DNA from: an uncultured Ignavibacteriaceae bacterium
Lineage (GTDB): Bacteria > Bacteroidota > Ignavibacteria > Ignavibacteriales > Ignavibacteriaceae
DNA: 54,993 nucleotides
Assembly (NCBI GenBank): GCA_964438715.1
Contig: CAYTLQ010000324.1
Span: 1 to 54,993 of the forward strand
Reading direction: 5' to 3'
Position 1 is the first letter of the stretch; the number at the start of each line of letters is the position of its first letter. The position numbers and the translations under genes are program-made. The notes under the pieces are model-generated. The model saw only the letters and a list, made by a program, of their open reading frames with translations. It was not told the DNA's origin and did not search any database. Below are positions 19,640 to 29,682 of this stretch, one piece after another.

Positions 19640-22444
19640 ATGAAATTTATTTTGTTGCTTGTAGTATTTTCCACCTCCGTTTTTTCTCAAAGTTTTACCT
19701 TAAAAGGTCAGGTTTTGGATTCGCTGGAGAAATCGCCGCTTCAGGGTGCAACTGTATTGATAACATCTCCTTCGGGTGGCATACCTACCGGCGCAACAAC
19801 ACGAAAAAACGGTTATTTCGAAATTACGGGCCTGGAGAGAAGAGGAAACTATACTCTAACAATTTCCTTTTTGGGATATAATAGTTATAGTTATCAATTT
19901 ACTGCGCGGGGCAAGGAATTGGATCTCGGCAGAATTTATCTGGTACAAACAAATATAAAACTTAAAGATATTGAAGTAGTAGGCGAGCTTCCACCGGTTC
20001 AGCAAAAGGGTGATACTACCGAATATGCCGCCGACGCCTTTAAAACCCGACCTGATGCAAATGCTGAAGATCTTGTTGCAAAAATGCCGGGTGTTACTGT
20101 ACAAAATGGTAAAGTACAGGCACAGGGTGAAGAAGTTAAGCAGGTACTTGTAGATGGTAAACCATTTTTTGGCGATGACCCGAACGCGGCATTAAAAAAT
20201 TTACCCGCCGAAATGATAGATCGAATTCAGATCTTTGATCAGCAGAGTGAGCAGTCGCAATTTACCGGTTTTGATGATGGTAACACCCGAAAAACGCTTA
20301 ACATAGTTACCCGTAACCGGGTGCGCAACGGAACATTTGGTAAATTCTTTTCGGGCATTGGTAATGAGGATAAATATAAAGTTAATGCGAATTTTAATTA
20401 TTTTAAAGACGATACCCGTTTTACCTTGCTGGCACTAACAAATAATATAAATGAACAGAATTTTTCATTTGATGATATTCTGGGCGTAATGGGTAGTGCC
20501 CCGGGGCCTATGCGAAGTTTAATGTCGATGGGTCAACGACTTGGTATAGTTCGCGTTGGAGGTGGAGGAGGCGGCAGAGGGGGTAATGATGCTTCTGATT
20601 TTATGGTCGGACAGTCGAAAGGACTGAATAAAACCCACGCAACAGGAATTAATTATTCTGACAAATGGGGTGAAACTTTGGAACTTACGGGGAGTTATTT
20701 CTTTAATTATACCCAAAATAATGCTGACTCGAGGATTCTCAGAGAGTATTTTCTCTCCGGTCTTTCCGGGCAAACTTATGATGAAACCTCTGCTTCGTCA
20801 TCAAAAAATATTAACCATCGTCTGAATTTCAAGATTGAATATACTATTGACTCTTCAACATCTATACTTTTCCGTCCACGACTTACCGCGCAGATAAATG
20901 ATGGCAGTAGTTTTTTTTACGGCTTAACTAACTCTTTACAGACACAATTAAACTCTGTCAGGAATAATTTTCGATCTGACCTTTCTGCAATAAGAAGTTC
21001 TAATGAACTTCTCATCAGGCATAAATTTGAAACAAGAGGCAGAACGCTCTCGCTTAGTCTTAATGGCGGGGTGAACAACAGCGATGGAAACAATAATCTT
21101 TTCAGTGAAAATATCTACTTTAGCAGTATTATTAACAGCGATACAACTGACCAATATGCCAATCTCGATAAAACCGGCAACGATGCTTCGGCAAGTCTTA
21201 ACTATACAGAACCCATCACCGAATCATCTTTGTTACAATTAACTACAGGGTTTTCTTATTCGGACGAAGACAGTGACAGGGAGACTTATACTTATCCCTA
21301 TTATTCGGCATCGCAGGCATATCTTGATACCGTTCTTAGTAATGTTTATACTAAATACTATCGAAGCCGATATATTGGTACGGGATATGTGTGGAGAACG
21401 GAAGATCTCAATATAACTGCCGGCATTAACTATCGAATGGCTGATTTACAAAACACACAAACATTTCCCCTTTCCGGTGTTATCAACAGATCTTTTGTAT
21501 CCTGGCAGCCGTCTTTTCAATTACGATGGAATATATCCCGTGATAAAAATCTTCGGTTTAATTACCGCACTGATAATAACGCACCCTCGGTTGATCAGTT
21601 ACAAAATGTGCTGGATAATTCAAATCCCGTACAGCTTTCTATCGGGAATCCAAATTTAAAACAAGATTACCGACATACATTAACCACCCGATTTTCAATT
21701 GTGGACTTTTCTTCAATGCAATACTTCTTTGTTGTTCTTGGCGGAACTTTCACGAATGACTATATCGGTAATAAAAAAACCATAGCAACAACCGATTCGC
21801 AGTATGTTGATGGTATCTTATTGCGTCGTGGGGCACAAATCACAAAACCGGTGAATCTTGATGGTAATTTTAATATACGGTCGTTTATTACATACGGATT
21901 ACCGGTAAGTTTTCTAAAATCCAATCTCAACTTCAATTTATCTCTAACCTATTCAAAGATTCCTACTATTATTAATGAACAATCTGGTTTTTCTAATTCT
22001 CTTAACTATAATATCGGAGTTGCACTTGTAAGCAATATTGGTAAAGAACTTGATTTCTCGGTTCTCTCAATAAATGGATTTAATAAAATTAAAAGCTCGT
22101 TGCAGGAAGATCTGAACTCAGATTATTTCACCCAAAATACCTCTGCAAGAATATATTGGCAGTTTTGGAAATCGTTTTTTATAAATGCTGATGTAGCCTA
22201 TCAGTACTATAATGGTCTTTCTGATGAGTTTAACAGGAGTTATACACTTGCATCAGCAGCGATTGGATTAAAACTATTTGAGAAAGATCGCGGGGAAATA
22301 CGCTTAACAATAAACGATATTTTTAATGAAAACACCAGCGTACAGCGTTCGGTAACAGATTCATATTATGAAGATTCCCGATCGAGTGTGCTGGGGCAAT
22401 ATTTTATTCTATCATTTATGTATAACCTAAGTAATTTTAATTAA
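19640..22444 (+). CDS. TonB-dependent-receptor-like outer-membrane beta-barrel protein with N-terminal CarboxypepD_reg-like domain
   Basis: Signal peptide. The segment LKGQVLD...PLQGATV...GYF is a carboxypeptidase-regulatory-like fold. A plug-like segment (DAEDLVAKMPGVTVQNGKV...VLVDGKPF) precedes a long Asn/Tyr/Ser-rich barrel ending in an aromatic residue. Confidence 0.75.
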   Translation: MKFILLLVVFSTSVFSQSFTLKGQVLDSLEKSPLQGATVLITSPSGGIPTGATTRKNGYFEITGLERRGNYTLTISFLGYNSYSYQFTARGKELDLGRIYLVQTNIKLKDIEVVGELPPVQQKGDTTEYAADAFKTRPDANAEDLVAKMPGVTVQNGKVQAQGEEVKQVLVDGKPFFGDDPNAALKNLPAEMIDRIQIFDQQSEQSQFTGFDDGNTRKTLNIVTRNRVRNGTFGKFFSGIGNEDKYKVNANFNYFKDDTRFTLLALTNNINEQNFSFDDILGVMGSAPGPMRSLMSMGQRLGIVRVGGGGGGRGGNDASDFMVGQSKGLNKTHATGINYSDKWGETLELTGSYFFNYTQNNADSRILREYFLSGLSGQTYDETSASSSKNINHRLNFKIEYTIDSSTSILFRPRLTAQINDGSSFFYGLTNSLQTQLNSVRNNFRSDLSAIRSSNELLIRHKFETRGRTLSLSLNGGVNNSDGNNNLFSENIYFSSIINSDTTDQYANLDKTGNDASASLNYTEPITESSLLQLTTGFSYSDEDSDRETYTYPYYSASQAYLDTVLSNVYTKYYRSRYIGTGYVWRTEDLNITAGINYRMADLQNTQTFPLSGVINRSFVSWQPSFQLRWNISRDKNLRFNYRTDNNAPSVDQLQNVLDNSNPVQLSIGNPNLKQDYRHTLTTRFSIVDFSSMQYFFVVLGGTFTNDYIGNKKTIATTDSQYVDGILLRRGAQITKPVNLDGNFNIRSFITYGLPVSFLKSNLNFNLSLTYSKIPTIINEQSGFSNSLNYNIGVALVSNIGKELDFSVLSINGFNKIKSSLQEDLNSDYFTQNTSARIYWQFWKSFFINADVAYQYYNGLSDEFNRSYTLASAAIGLKLFEKDRGEIRLTINDIFNENTSVQRSVTDSYYEDSRSSVLGQYFILSFMYNLSNFN

Positions 22445-22590
22445 GACCTGATATACATAAGAAAAACCCGACGATCGCATATTGTTGTCGTTGAATAAAT
22501 GCGTAAATTTCAGGTTGAAATTCAGGGGATCCCGTAAGCAATACGGAGCTGCATAAAGCATTACATTAACAAACTATAATAGGAGAAAAT

Positions 22591-23937
22591 ATGAAAAAGT
22601 TTGTTTATCTTACTATTATTCTTTTCGGCGTTTGCTTCTACACTCGGGCACAGCATAAAGCCGGTGACGCAGCTTTTGGCACATATAAATATGAAGATTT
22701 TCAGACCCCGGAATTTTGCGGAGCTTCCTGCCACACCGATATTTACCAGCAATGGAAACAGTCAATGATGTCACAATCTTATACACACAAATGGGATGAA
22801 GTCGAATATTTCAAATTAGCTGTGCCCCACGCCGAAAAGGACCCTGTTGTTGCAGGGGTTAAAGCCGGATGCAATGGCTGTCATGCTCCTATATCATTTC
22901 TCGCCGGTGATGTTCCACCTCCACTTCCCGAGAAAATGTCGCGCGCAAACGAATCAGTTTCTTGTGAAGTATGTCATTCTATAAGCGGGTTTGAAGGAGA
23001 TACCCCATATAATTATAATTATATAATAAAACCCGGATTTGCAAAATACGGTATTCGGGGGCAGAATGTTTCACCCGCTCACGAAATCGTGGTTTCTGAT
23101 TTTCTTAAATCAGGAGACTTTTGCGGTACCTGCCATAATGAAAAAAGTCCTTATGGTGTATGGGTTAAATCTACCCATCTTGAGTGGAAGGAAGGACCTT
23201 ATTCTAAACAAGGTGTACAATGTCAGGATTGCCACATGACAAGCGCCGAAGGTTACACTGCCTCAATGGGTAACAAATATTCCGATGCAAAACAACATCT
23301 GTTTCATGGAGCCCATGATGCAGGAAAAATACGCGGAACAATCGAACTGCGCATACATCCGGATATTCGTGAAGCTGAACCGGGAGAAGCAGTCAAGTTC
23401 ACCATTGCGTTATTTAATCAAAAAACCGGACATAAATTTCCGACCGGTTCTGTTGAAGACAGAATAGTTTGGATGCATGTTGAAGCTACTGATGCCAAGG
23501 GTAATGTTTACCACCTCCCTGTTGACAAAAAAGGATTTGAAGGAGAAGAATATACTATTGGCGCTGATGTACTCGCATATTCAGATATGGGTATTGCTCT
23601 AAATGATCCCGGATTTAAGGGTGTACAACGAGACGGTATTCCTGTGGGCGATAGAATCTTCCGCATGGCATATTTCGATCCCAATGGTGTTATGACAATA
23701 CAGCAGTGGAATACTAAATCACTTGGGGTGGACTATCGTATAGGACCTCGCGAAACGAAACTCGAAACCTGTACATTTCGGATACCCGATAATGTTCCAC
23801 CGGGACCTCTTACGGTACGAGCCGTTTTGAATTATCAAAAGCTCGTAAAACCAGTTGCCGATTTTCTGGGAGTTCCTGAAGAAGCAGAAATCATTCAGGT
23901 TAACGAACATTCAACTACAATTACGATACTCAATTAA
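22591..23937 (+). CDS. Secreted multihaem c-type cytochrome (four CxxCH plus one CxxxCH)
   Basis: Signal peptide. Haem motifs CGASCH (three residues between the Cys), CNGCH, CEVCH, CGTCH and CQDCH. The C-terminal beta-rich domain contains GHKFPTG. An AGGAG RBS lies 6 nt upstream of the ATG. Confidence 0.85.
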   Translation: MKKFVYLTIILFGVCFYTRAQHKAGDAAFGTYKYEDFQTPEFCGASCHTDIYQQWKQSMMSQSYTHKWDEVEYFKLAVPHAEKDPVVAGVKAGCNGCHAPISFLAGDVPPPLPEKMSRANESVSCEVCHSISGFEGDTPYNYNYIIKPGFAKYGIRGQNVSPAHEIVVSDFLKSGDFCGTCHNEKSPYGVWVKSTHLEWKEGPYSKQGVQCQDCHMTSAEGYTASMGNKYSDAKQHLFHGAHDAGKIRGTIELRIHPDIREAEPGEAVKFTIALFNQKTGHKFPTGSVEDRIVWMHVEATDAKGNVYHLPVDKKGFEGEEYTIGADVLAYSDMGIALNDPGFKGVQRDGIPVGDRIFRMAYFDPNGVMTIQQWNTKSLGVDYRIGPRETKLETCTFRIPDNVPPGPLTVRAVLNYQKLVKPVADFLGVPEEAEIIQVNEHSTTITILN

Positions 23938-23951
23938 GGATTCTTGCTCTT

Positions 23952-25100
23952 ATGAAACATTTTCTACTTATCGTATTATTTATGATTGTAAATGTTGCGG
24001 AAACTGCAGCAATTCCCGCTTTTGCGCGAAAATACAATATGACTTGTAAAACTTGTCATGCACCGTTTCCGAAGCTTAAGGCTTATGGTGAAGAATTTGC
24101 CGCTAACGGTTTTGCTCTTAGGGATAAAGATGCGCCCCGTTATTTTATGGATACCGGCGATGATAAGCTCTCTCTTATACGCGACTTTCCGCTTGCGGCC
24201 CGCATCGAGGGATATCTGACTTATAAAAACAAAAAATACGACCAGACAGGACCAAGTGCTTTGAAACTTCTCAGCGGGGGACTTATTTCCGATAATGTTT
24301 CTTATTATGTTTATTATATTTTGGAACAGGGAGAACCCGGTAAGATTGAGGATGCCTATATAATGTTTAACAATATTTTTAAGCAGGAACTCGATCTCTA
24401 TGTCGGGCAGTTTCAGGTATCGGATCCTCTCTTCAAAAGAGAACTTCGTCTTACTTCTGAGGATTATCTCATTTATAAATACGCTCCGGGATATTCAAAG
24501 GCTAGTCTTACTTACGATCGTGGTATAATGCTTAATTATTCTTTACCTTCTAAAACTGATTTATTTTTTGAAGTACTTAACGGCGCAGGTATAGGAACTA
24601 CCTTTTCCGGTAATGGATATGACAACGATAATAATAAAAATTTCTTAGCGCGTGTTAATCAGGATGTTGCTGAGTTTCTCTCAATTGGTGCTTTTGGTTA
24701 TGCAGGCAGGGAAAACCTTGATCCGGATTCTTCTGCACTAAACAAAACTAGCATGTTCGGTATAGATGCTGTTGTTTCCGCAGGACCTATAGAGCTTAAT
24801 CTACAGTATATTTCCCGCAATGATGATAACCCAACATTTCTTAACATCGGAGCCACAGAAATAAAGGCAAACGGCGGTTTTGCTGAGTTAATTTATCTGC
24901 CCGATGGTGATGACAGTAAATGGTATGGTGTAATGCTGTACAATATCATAGAATCAGACGATAATACTCTTGATAAAAAGTCAGTTGCAATGCATCTGGG
25001 ACATATTATCAGAAGAAATCTTCGGTTTGTTGTTGAATATGGATACGATTTGAAAAATAAAGCGGGCAGATTCGGAGCAGGATTTGTAGCGGCATTTTAA
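23952..25100 (+). CDS. Monohaem (CKTCH) N-terminal module fused to a putative outer-membrane beta-barrel
   Basis: After the signal peptide comes FARKYNMTCKTCHAPFPKLKAYGEEFAANGF. The rest shows alternating-hydrophobic, Gly/Tyr-rich strands and ends ...GAGFVAAF, a porin-like terminal Phe. Confidence 0.65.
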   Translation: MKHFLLIVLFMIVNVAETAAIPAFARKYNMTCKTCHAPFPKLKAYGEEFAANGFALRDKDAPRYFMDTGDDKLSLIRDFPLAARIEGYLTYKNKKYDQTGPSALKLLSGGLISDNVSYYVYYILEQGEPGKIEDAYIMFNNIFKQELDLYVGQFQVSDPLFKRELRLTSEDYLIYKYAPGYSKASLTYDRGIMLNYSLPSKTDLFFEVLNGAGIGTTFSGNGYDNDNNKNFLARVNQDVAEFLSIGAFGYAGRENLDPDSSALNKTSMFGIDAVVSAGPIELNLQYISRNDDNPTFLNIGATEIKANGGFAELIYLPDGDDSKWYGVMLYNIIESDDNTLDKKSVAMHLGHIIRRNLRFVVEYGYDLKNKAGRFGAGFVAAF

Positions 25101-25136
25101 GTCAAACCGCCACGGGGTGATAGTACTTGTATATTT

Positions 25137-25195
25137 AAACCGGGCAGTGTAGTGTTATACTTAATTGATTGAATATTTCACTACCTGTCCGGTTT
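25137..25195 (+). terminator. Rho-independent terminator candidate after the cytochrome/barrel pair
   Basis: AAACCGGGCAGTGTAGTG (25137-25154) pairs with CACTACCTGTCCGGTTT (25179-25195): about 17 bp with one bulge and one G.U. The stem ends in a TTTT run. It sits 37 nt after the stop at 25100, between convergent genes. Confidence 0.55.
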
Positions 25196-25285
25196 TGTAA
25201 ATACTCTTCTTATAAATTTCTTATTTTTATTTTCACAACAATCTGAAATTTCAGATTTTGAGAACCACTCTCTCTATCATTTCTC

Positions 25286-27196
25286 CTAATCTGTTAGTCC
25301 ATAAGATTGTTTCAATTGCTGATAAAACCCAATAGCAAGTTTATTCTGGGGATTAATCTTAAGGCATCTTTTAATAGCAGTATATGCCTTGTTAATATTG
25401 CCGTCACGGAAATAAGCTCCTGAGAGATTGTACCAAACCTGTGGATCGGCAGAATTATAGGCAACACTTTTTTCAAGATATTCTATTGCCCTCTTCACAT
25501 CCCCTAATTGAAGATAGACGGAGCCCAGCCACTTTGTTGAAAAATCGTTCGGAGTAATTTTATTCATCCTGTGAAGCACTACGATGGCTTTTTCAAGCTG
25601 TTTTGATTCTACCAGAAAATTGACTAAGTTTTTGTGGTTTTCCGGATTAATTGGTCTATCTTCGACCAGCACATTAATTTCTTTCACCGCCTCTTCGGTT
25701 AATCCAAGAGTCCAATATCTTTCAGCCATTTTATAATGTGCCGACTCCCATGTAATGATATTATCAATAACCTGCATTGCCAGAGTATCCTGCAGTGATG
25801 AAGGCTTGAAGTTTGCAACCAGCATATTGGGTGTTCCCCTTGGTACAAAAGGATATGCACCGAGTAATATATTAAGACGAAGTCGTGCTATTACGGAGTC
25901 GAGAGATGTAAACGGAAAAGAAGATTCCAAAAGACTATCTGCAAGAGTATCGGAAATCTCTTTTTTACCGGAAGGCAGTAATCCATATTTTTCCATTACG
26001 CTATAGAATGTTTTTCCAATTAGCGAATACCCCTGAGTGTTTGGGTGCAGATGATCGACCATCAGATTGCTGCCAACAATTCCCTGGGGGCTTACAGCAT
26101 TCAAAGTTGAGTCGATATCAGCATAATATGCAGAATATTCGAGACAAAGTTTTTTTATAATATTATTGAGATCGGATGATGCGCGAAAACGCAATGCATC
26201 ATAATCCTTTGCTTCGTAATACAGGCGTTTTGCGCTGATAGTATCTCCTTTTTCCAGTTTTTCTCCCGCCTGCCTGAACAACTCATCTGCTGACTTATCC
26301 GCACCCTGAACGGAAACAAAAGGTTTTTGATCTTTAAGATTAGAGACAACTGTTCCAAATATTATGGGTATATTATTTTCCCGAAATAATTCCAAAATAT
26401 CGCGCATATTTCCTTCAAACTGTTCTAGACCTTTATGATAGGTTTCCGAACCATAAGGAATACTGCTTTCCCCGATTACCCGTGCCATTAAAGTTTCGTT
26501 TTGTTTCTCGGAATCTGCATCAGATGAACCAAAAGCACCCCAAACGGTTTTAATAATATCCTGAAGCAATTGTACTATGCGAATATTTTGTAAAGAAAGC
26601 AGAAGATTAATTAGTGTGCGGGATTGCCCCAAGGATTGAGTGGAGGCAACTCCCAATGCGCCGTAAAATTCATTATGACCTGTATAAATAATCACAAGGT
26701 CAGGGCTGTGTTTTACGAGCTCTTTGGCAAAGTCGCGGACTGTATATGAGCATATTGCAGCGACACCAAGGTTCACCACCTCTATTTCTTTTTCCGGGAA
26801 GAAAAGCTCAAGTCGTCGTTTTATATATCGCGGGAAAGATGCATTTGCAATGTAAGGCCAACCTGCTGTACTGCTTTCACCCAGAACAAATACTCTGTAA
26901 CTACCCTCTTTTTTTCTGGCGCGAAAACCATCAGGAATTGTTGAGGGCGGGCTGGCAATACTTGTAAAATATTTCGGGAGTACATCTCTGTCAAGGAAGA
27001 GCATACCGGGATACGAAGAAGATATTTCGTTAAAAATTTTATACTCCTTTCCATAACCGGCAAAACGAAGTCCCGCCTCAAGCAAAACAAAGAATAAAAC
27101 AGGTTGAATGATTAATATTCCATAAAACCACGCAGGATATATCTTCGGTATTGTTGAATTCTGTTTGTTTTCGGTTTCATTTTGTTTTTTAGGCAT
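25286..27196 (-). CDS. SGNH/GDSL-type hydrolase domain protein with C-terminal TPR repeats
   Basis: N-terminal TM anchor. SGNH-like blocks VLGESSTAGWP, GHNEFYG and VDHLHPN. The C-terminal ~200 aa contain TPR-like repeats (AIEYLEKSVAYNSADPQVWYNLSGAYFRDGNINKAYTAIKRCLKINP). Confidence 0.65.
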   Translation of the reverse strand: MPKKQNETENKQNSTIPKIYPAWFYGILIIQPVLFFVLLEAGLRFAGYGKEYKIFNEISSSYPGMLFLDRDVLPKYFTSIASPPSTIPDGFRARKKEGSYRVFVLGESSTAGWPYIANASFPRYIKRRLELFFPEKEIEVVNLGVAAICSYTVRDFAKELVKHSPDLVIIYTGHNEFYGALGVASTQSLGQSRTLINLLLSLQNIRIVQLLQDIIKTVWGAFGSSDADSEKQNETLMARVIGESSIPYGSETYHKGLEQFEGNMRDILELFRENNIPIIFGTVVSNLKDQKPFVSVQGADKSADELFRQAGEKLEKGDTISAKRLYYEAKDYDALRFRASSDLNNIIKKLCLEYSAYYADIDSTLNAVSPQGIVGSNLMVDHLHPNTQGYSLIGKTFYSVMEKYGLLPSGKKEISDTLADSLLESSFPFTSLDSVIARLRLNILLGAYPFVPRGTPNMLVANFKPSSLQDTLAMQVIDNIITWESAHYKMAERYWTLGLTEEAVKEINVLVEDRPINPENHKNLVNFLVESKQLEKAIVVLHRMNKITPNDFSTKWLGSVYLQLGDVKRAIEYLEKSVAYNSADPQVWYNLSGAYFRDGNINKAYTAIKRCLKINPQNKLAIGFYQQLKQSYGLTD

Positions 27197-27449
27197 TATT
27201 CATCCAAAAGCTTAATATCGGAATGAGTGTAAATTGTACAATAACAATTTTAATAGTATTTCCATCTACAGAAAAGTTTTCGCAAATAAACTGCAGTCAA
27301 CTTTATGCTCAAGAAATTTGCGATATGCTTTACTGATAATATACGATTTAAAACTTAGTCGGGAGTAAAAAAGCAAGGAAAGAAATTACTGAGAGGTTGC
27401 ATGAATATATCACAATACAATATTCAGAACTTTAATTAATTATTTAACA

Positions 27450-28409
27450 CTAAAACTCTTTTGGGATATACATTTCTATAGGAGTCGGTGGTTCAACTTC
27501 AGTATCATCAAAGGTAAAATCTATCTTTGTTTGTTTTAGTATAGGTTCAACTCTTTTTTGTGCAAGCTCAATGTACTCTTTGAGTGTATCATATCCAACA
27601 AATTTTCTGTCCGACTTTAAAGCTGAGACAGCAGTTGTCCCACTACCCATAAATGGGTCAAGAATTATATCACCTTTAAATGAATAGAGTTGAATTAATC
27701 GGTAAGGAAGCTCTTCAGGAAATGGCGCCGGATGACCAATTCTTTTTGCACTTTCTGCATTCATTGTCCAGATCGATTTGGTCCATTCCATAAACTGTTC
27801 TTTGGTAATAGTGCTTACTTTGTTTCCCTTTTCTCTTTTATAATCGCCTTTAGAAAAGATCAGAATGTACTCATGTATGTCCCGTAAAATTGGATTTGCC
27901 GCACTTAGCCAGCTCCCCCATGCAGTAGAGGGACTTGCACTAGCAGCTTTATTCCATATTATTTCACCGCGCATATTATATCCAATATCTATCATCATTT
28001 TTGAAATATAGTCAGAGAGAGGGATATAAGGTTTTCGTCCGAGATTAGCTACATTTATACAAGCACGCCCACCATTAATTAATACTCTATAGGTTTCCCT
28101 AAATACCTGTTCTAAAAGCTGAAGATATTCCTTTAGCGATAAATCTTCGTCATATTCTTTTGAAACATTATAAGGGGGAGAAGTAATCATCAGATGAACA
28201 GAATTGTCCGGTAATTCTTTCATTTCGGCTGAGGAGCCACAGATAAATTGATTTTCCATTTCTTTTGGAAACTCATTTTCTTTTTTTTCAACAATAATTT
28301 TGCCGTCAAGTTCTTTATACAGTTTGGAATTATAAAATTTTGAACTATCGTGATTAATTCTCCCGTTCGTTCCAAATGCACTTGTTTCTGTACCTTTAGA
28401 TCTTTTCAT
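27450..28409 (-). CDS. Type II DNA methyltransferase, beta-class amino-MTase (N4-cytosine or N6-adenine)
   Basis: Catalytic motif IV, ITSPPYNV, precedes SAM motif I, DPFMGSGTTAV (beta permutation). GHPAPFPEELP is typical of the N6_N4_Mtase family. The gene starts 1 nt after the stop of the upstream ORF. Confidence 0.85.
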   Translation of the reverse strand: MKRSKGTETSAFGTNGRINHDSSKFYNSKLYKELDGKIIVEKKENEFPKEMENQFICGSSAEMKELPDNSVHLMITSPPYNVSKEYDEDLSLKEYLQLLEQVFRETYRVLINGGRACINVANLGRKPYIPLSDYISKMMIDIGYNMRGEIIWNKAASASPSTAWGSWLSAANPILRDIHEYILIFSKGDYKREKGNKVSTITKEQFMEWTKSIWTMNAESAKRIGHPAPFPEELPYRLIQLYSFKGDIILDPFMGSGTTAVSALKSDRKFVGYDTLKEYIELAQKRVEPILKQTKIDFTFDDTEVEPPTPIEMYIPKEF

Positions 28410-28410
28410 A

Positions 28411-29286
28411 TTAGCCTTGAATTAAGGTTAAAAATTTTTCAGCTTTGGCAATGCTTGTAGTTTCCTGACCCGCAATTCTAATGATCTCACCCAGCTTCTC
28501 TTTTGAGATCATGGATGAAAAATAATTCATATCATTATCTAATATTTCCTTACAAGTACTATACAACTGCTCTTCATTTTTTATTGTTTGAAACCCTAAC
28601 TTTGGAGTATCCTTAATAAAGAAAGTATTTGTTGGCTTCGGATTTAACGACCAAAAACCTTGAATAACCCCGGAGGTTTTAAGAAAATCTACCTTTTTTA
28701 TGTATGTATCAGTAATTGGACTGTTGCCTAAAATAATAATAGGAATTGTCGAAGAAGTAATGCTTGAAACACGAATGTTAATAGACTTACCTATCGCCTT
28801 GAGCATTGAATCGGAGCGAAGCAATGAGGGATTACCTTTATGCTGCTTATAATCGCCAATAACCTTTATTTTATTGGGTAGTGTAAATTCGTAATTCGAT
28901 ATTATGCTCATTTTTACTTCAAAAAGAAGTTTAATATTCTCTGCTTTTTGAGTTGTATTATTGGTAGTACAAATTGCCAGATCGGCGCTTGATTGCTTTG
29001 AAAGACCTATTTCTTCACATATAACACCGTTTATTGCATAGAGACCAAATTCATTTGCGATTGGTTCAAAAATGGTTTTACACCATCTTTCAGTATATTG
29101 TCCTATCAGCGAGTTTCTGCTTTGTAAAGTCTGACCATCTGCCTCGAACCCTTTTGGAACATAAGCATAAAAACCCCCTTGCAGATTATAAAACAATTGC
29201 TCAGGAGAAGCAAAATTTTTTAGCGCTTCTTTGAAAAATTTAACCTCAATATCGTTATTCCAAAGTTCCATTATTTTTCGTTTCAA
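28411..29286 (-). CDS. Putative type II restriction endonuclease (PD-(D/E)xK-like), cognate to the adjacent methyltransferase
   Basis: No family recognised. The candidate catalytic motif is SSADLAIC...(about 20 aa)...LFEVKMS (D ... E-x-K). It abuts the MTase tightly in the same orientation, and the segment looks AT-rich relative to its neighbours. Confidence 0.55.
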   Translation of the reverse strand: MKRKIMELWNNDIEVKFFKEALKNFASPEQLFYNLQGGFYAYVPKGFEADGQTLQSRNSLIGQYTERWCKTIFEPIANEFGLYAINGVICEEIGLSKQSSADLAICTTNNTTQKAENIKLLFEVKMSIISNYEFTLPNKIKVIGDYKQHKGNPSLLRSDSMLKAIGKSINIRVSSITSSTIPIIILGNSPITDTYIKKVDFLKTSGVIQGFWSLNPKPTNTFFIKDTPKLGFQTIKNEEQLYSTCKEILDNDMNYFSSMISKEKLGEIIRIAGQETTSIAKAEKFLTLIQG

Positions 29287-29682
29287 TGGAAATCAATTTA
29301 TAGTGTTTTGCTTTTCTTTTATTACTTTAACAGATCTATATCAATCAGAATATAAGGTTGCGTATTTGATTTTTACTTTACGATTAATATACTGTAATAT
29401 CTTGTAATTCGAAGATAGTAAGATTATTAAATAACGAAAAAAGCTGATTTTTTAAAAACTGAAAAATATAATAGTCCATATTCAATACCCCGACAAAATT
29501 TCTGTATCTATTTGTCAATTAGTTGTTGTATGTATAACTTTTCCTTCTGGGGCGATTTATAATTCTTTATTTTTTTTGCAACGAAATATTCAGCCAAGAG
29601 GAGGGTTTTAATTATGATTGCGCTCGTGAGAATAATCTGAGGACCAGCATAGAATCACTGGTCCCCATTACTTAAATTTCCA

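Noticed and set aside
29599-29664. Eight-codon mini-ORF (ATGATTGCGCTCGTGAGAATAATCTGA) with a strong GAGGAGG RBS, followed by the hairpin GGACCAG...CTGGTCC
   Set aside because: It is on the plus strand between two minus-strand genes, with no downstream plus-strand gene to regulate. It is too short to evaluate, and the hairpin lacks a T-run.
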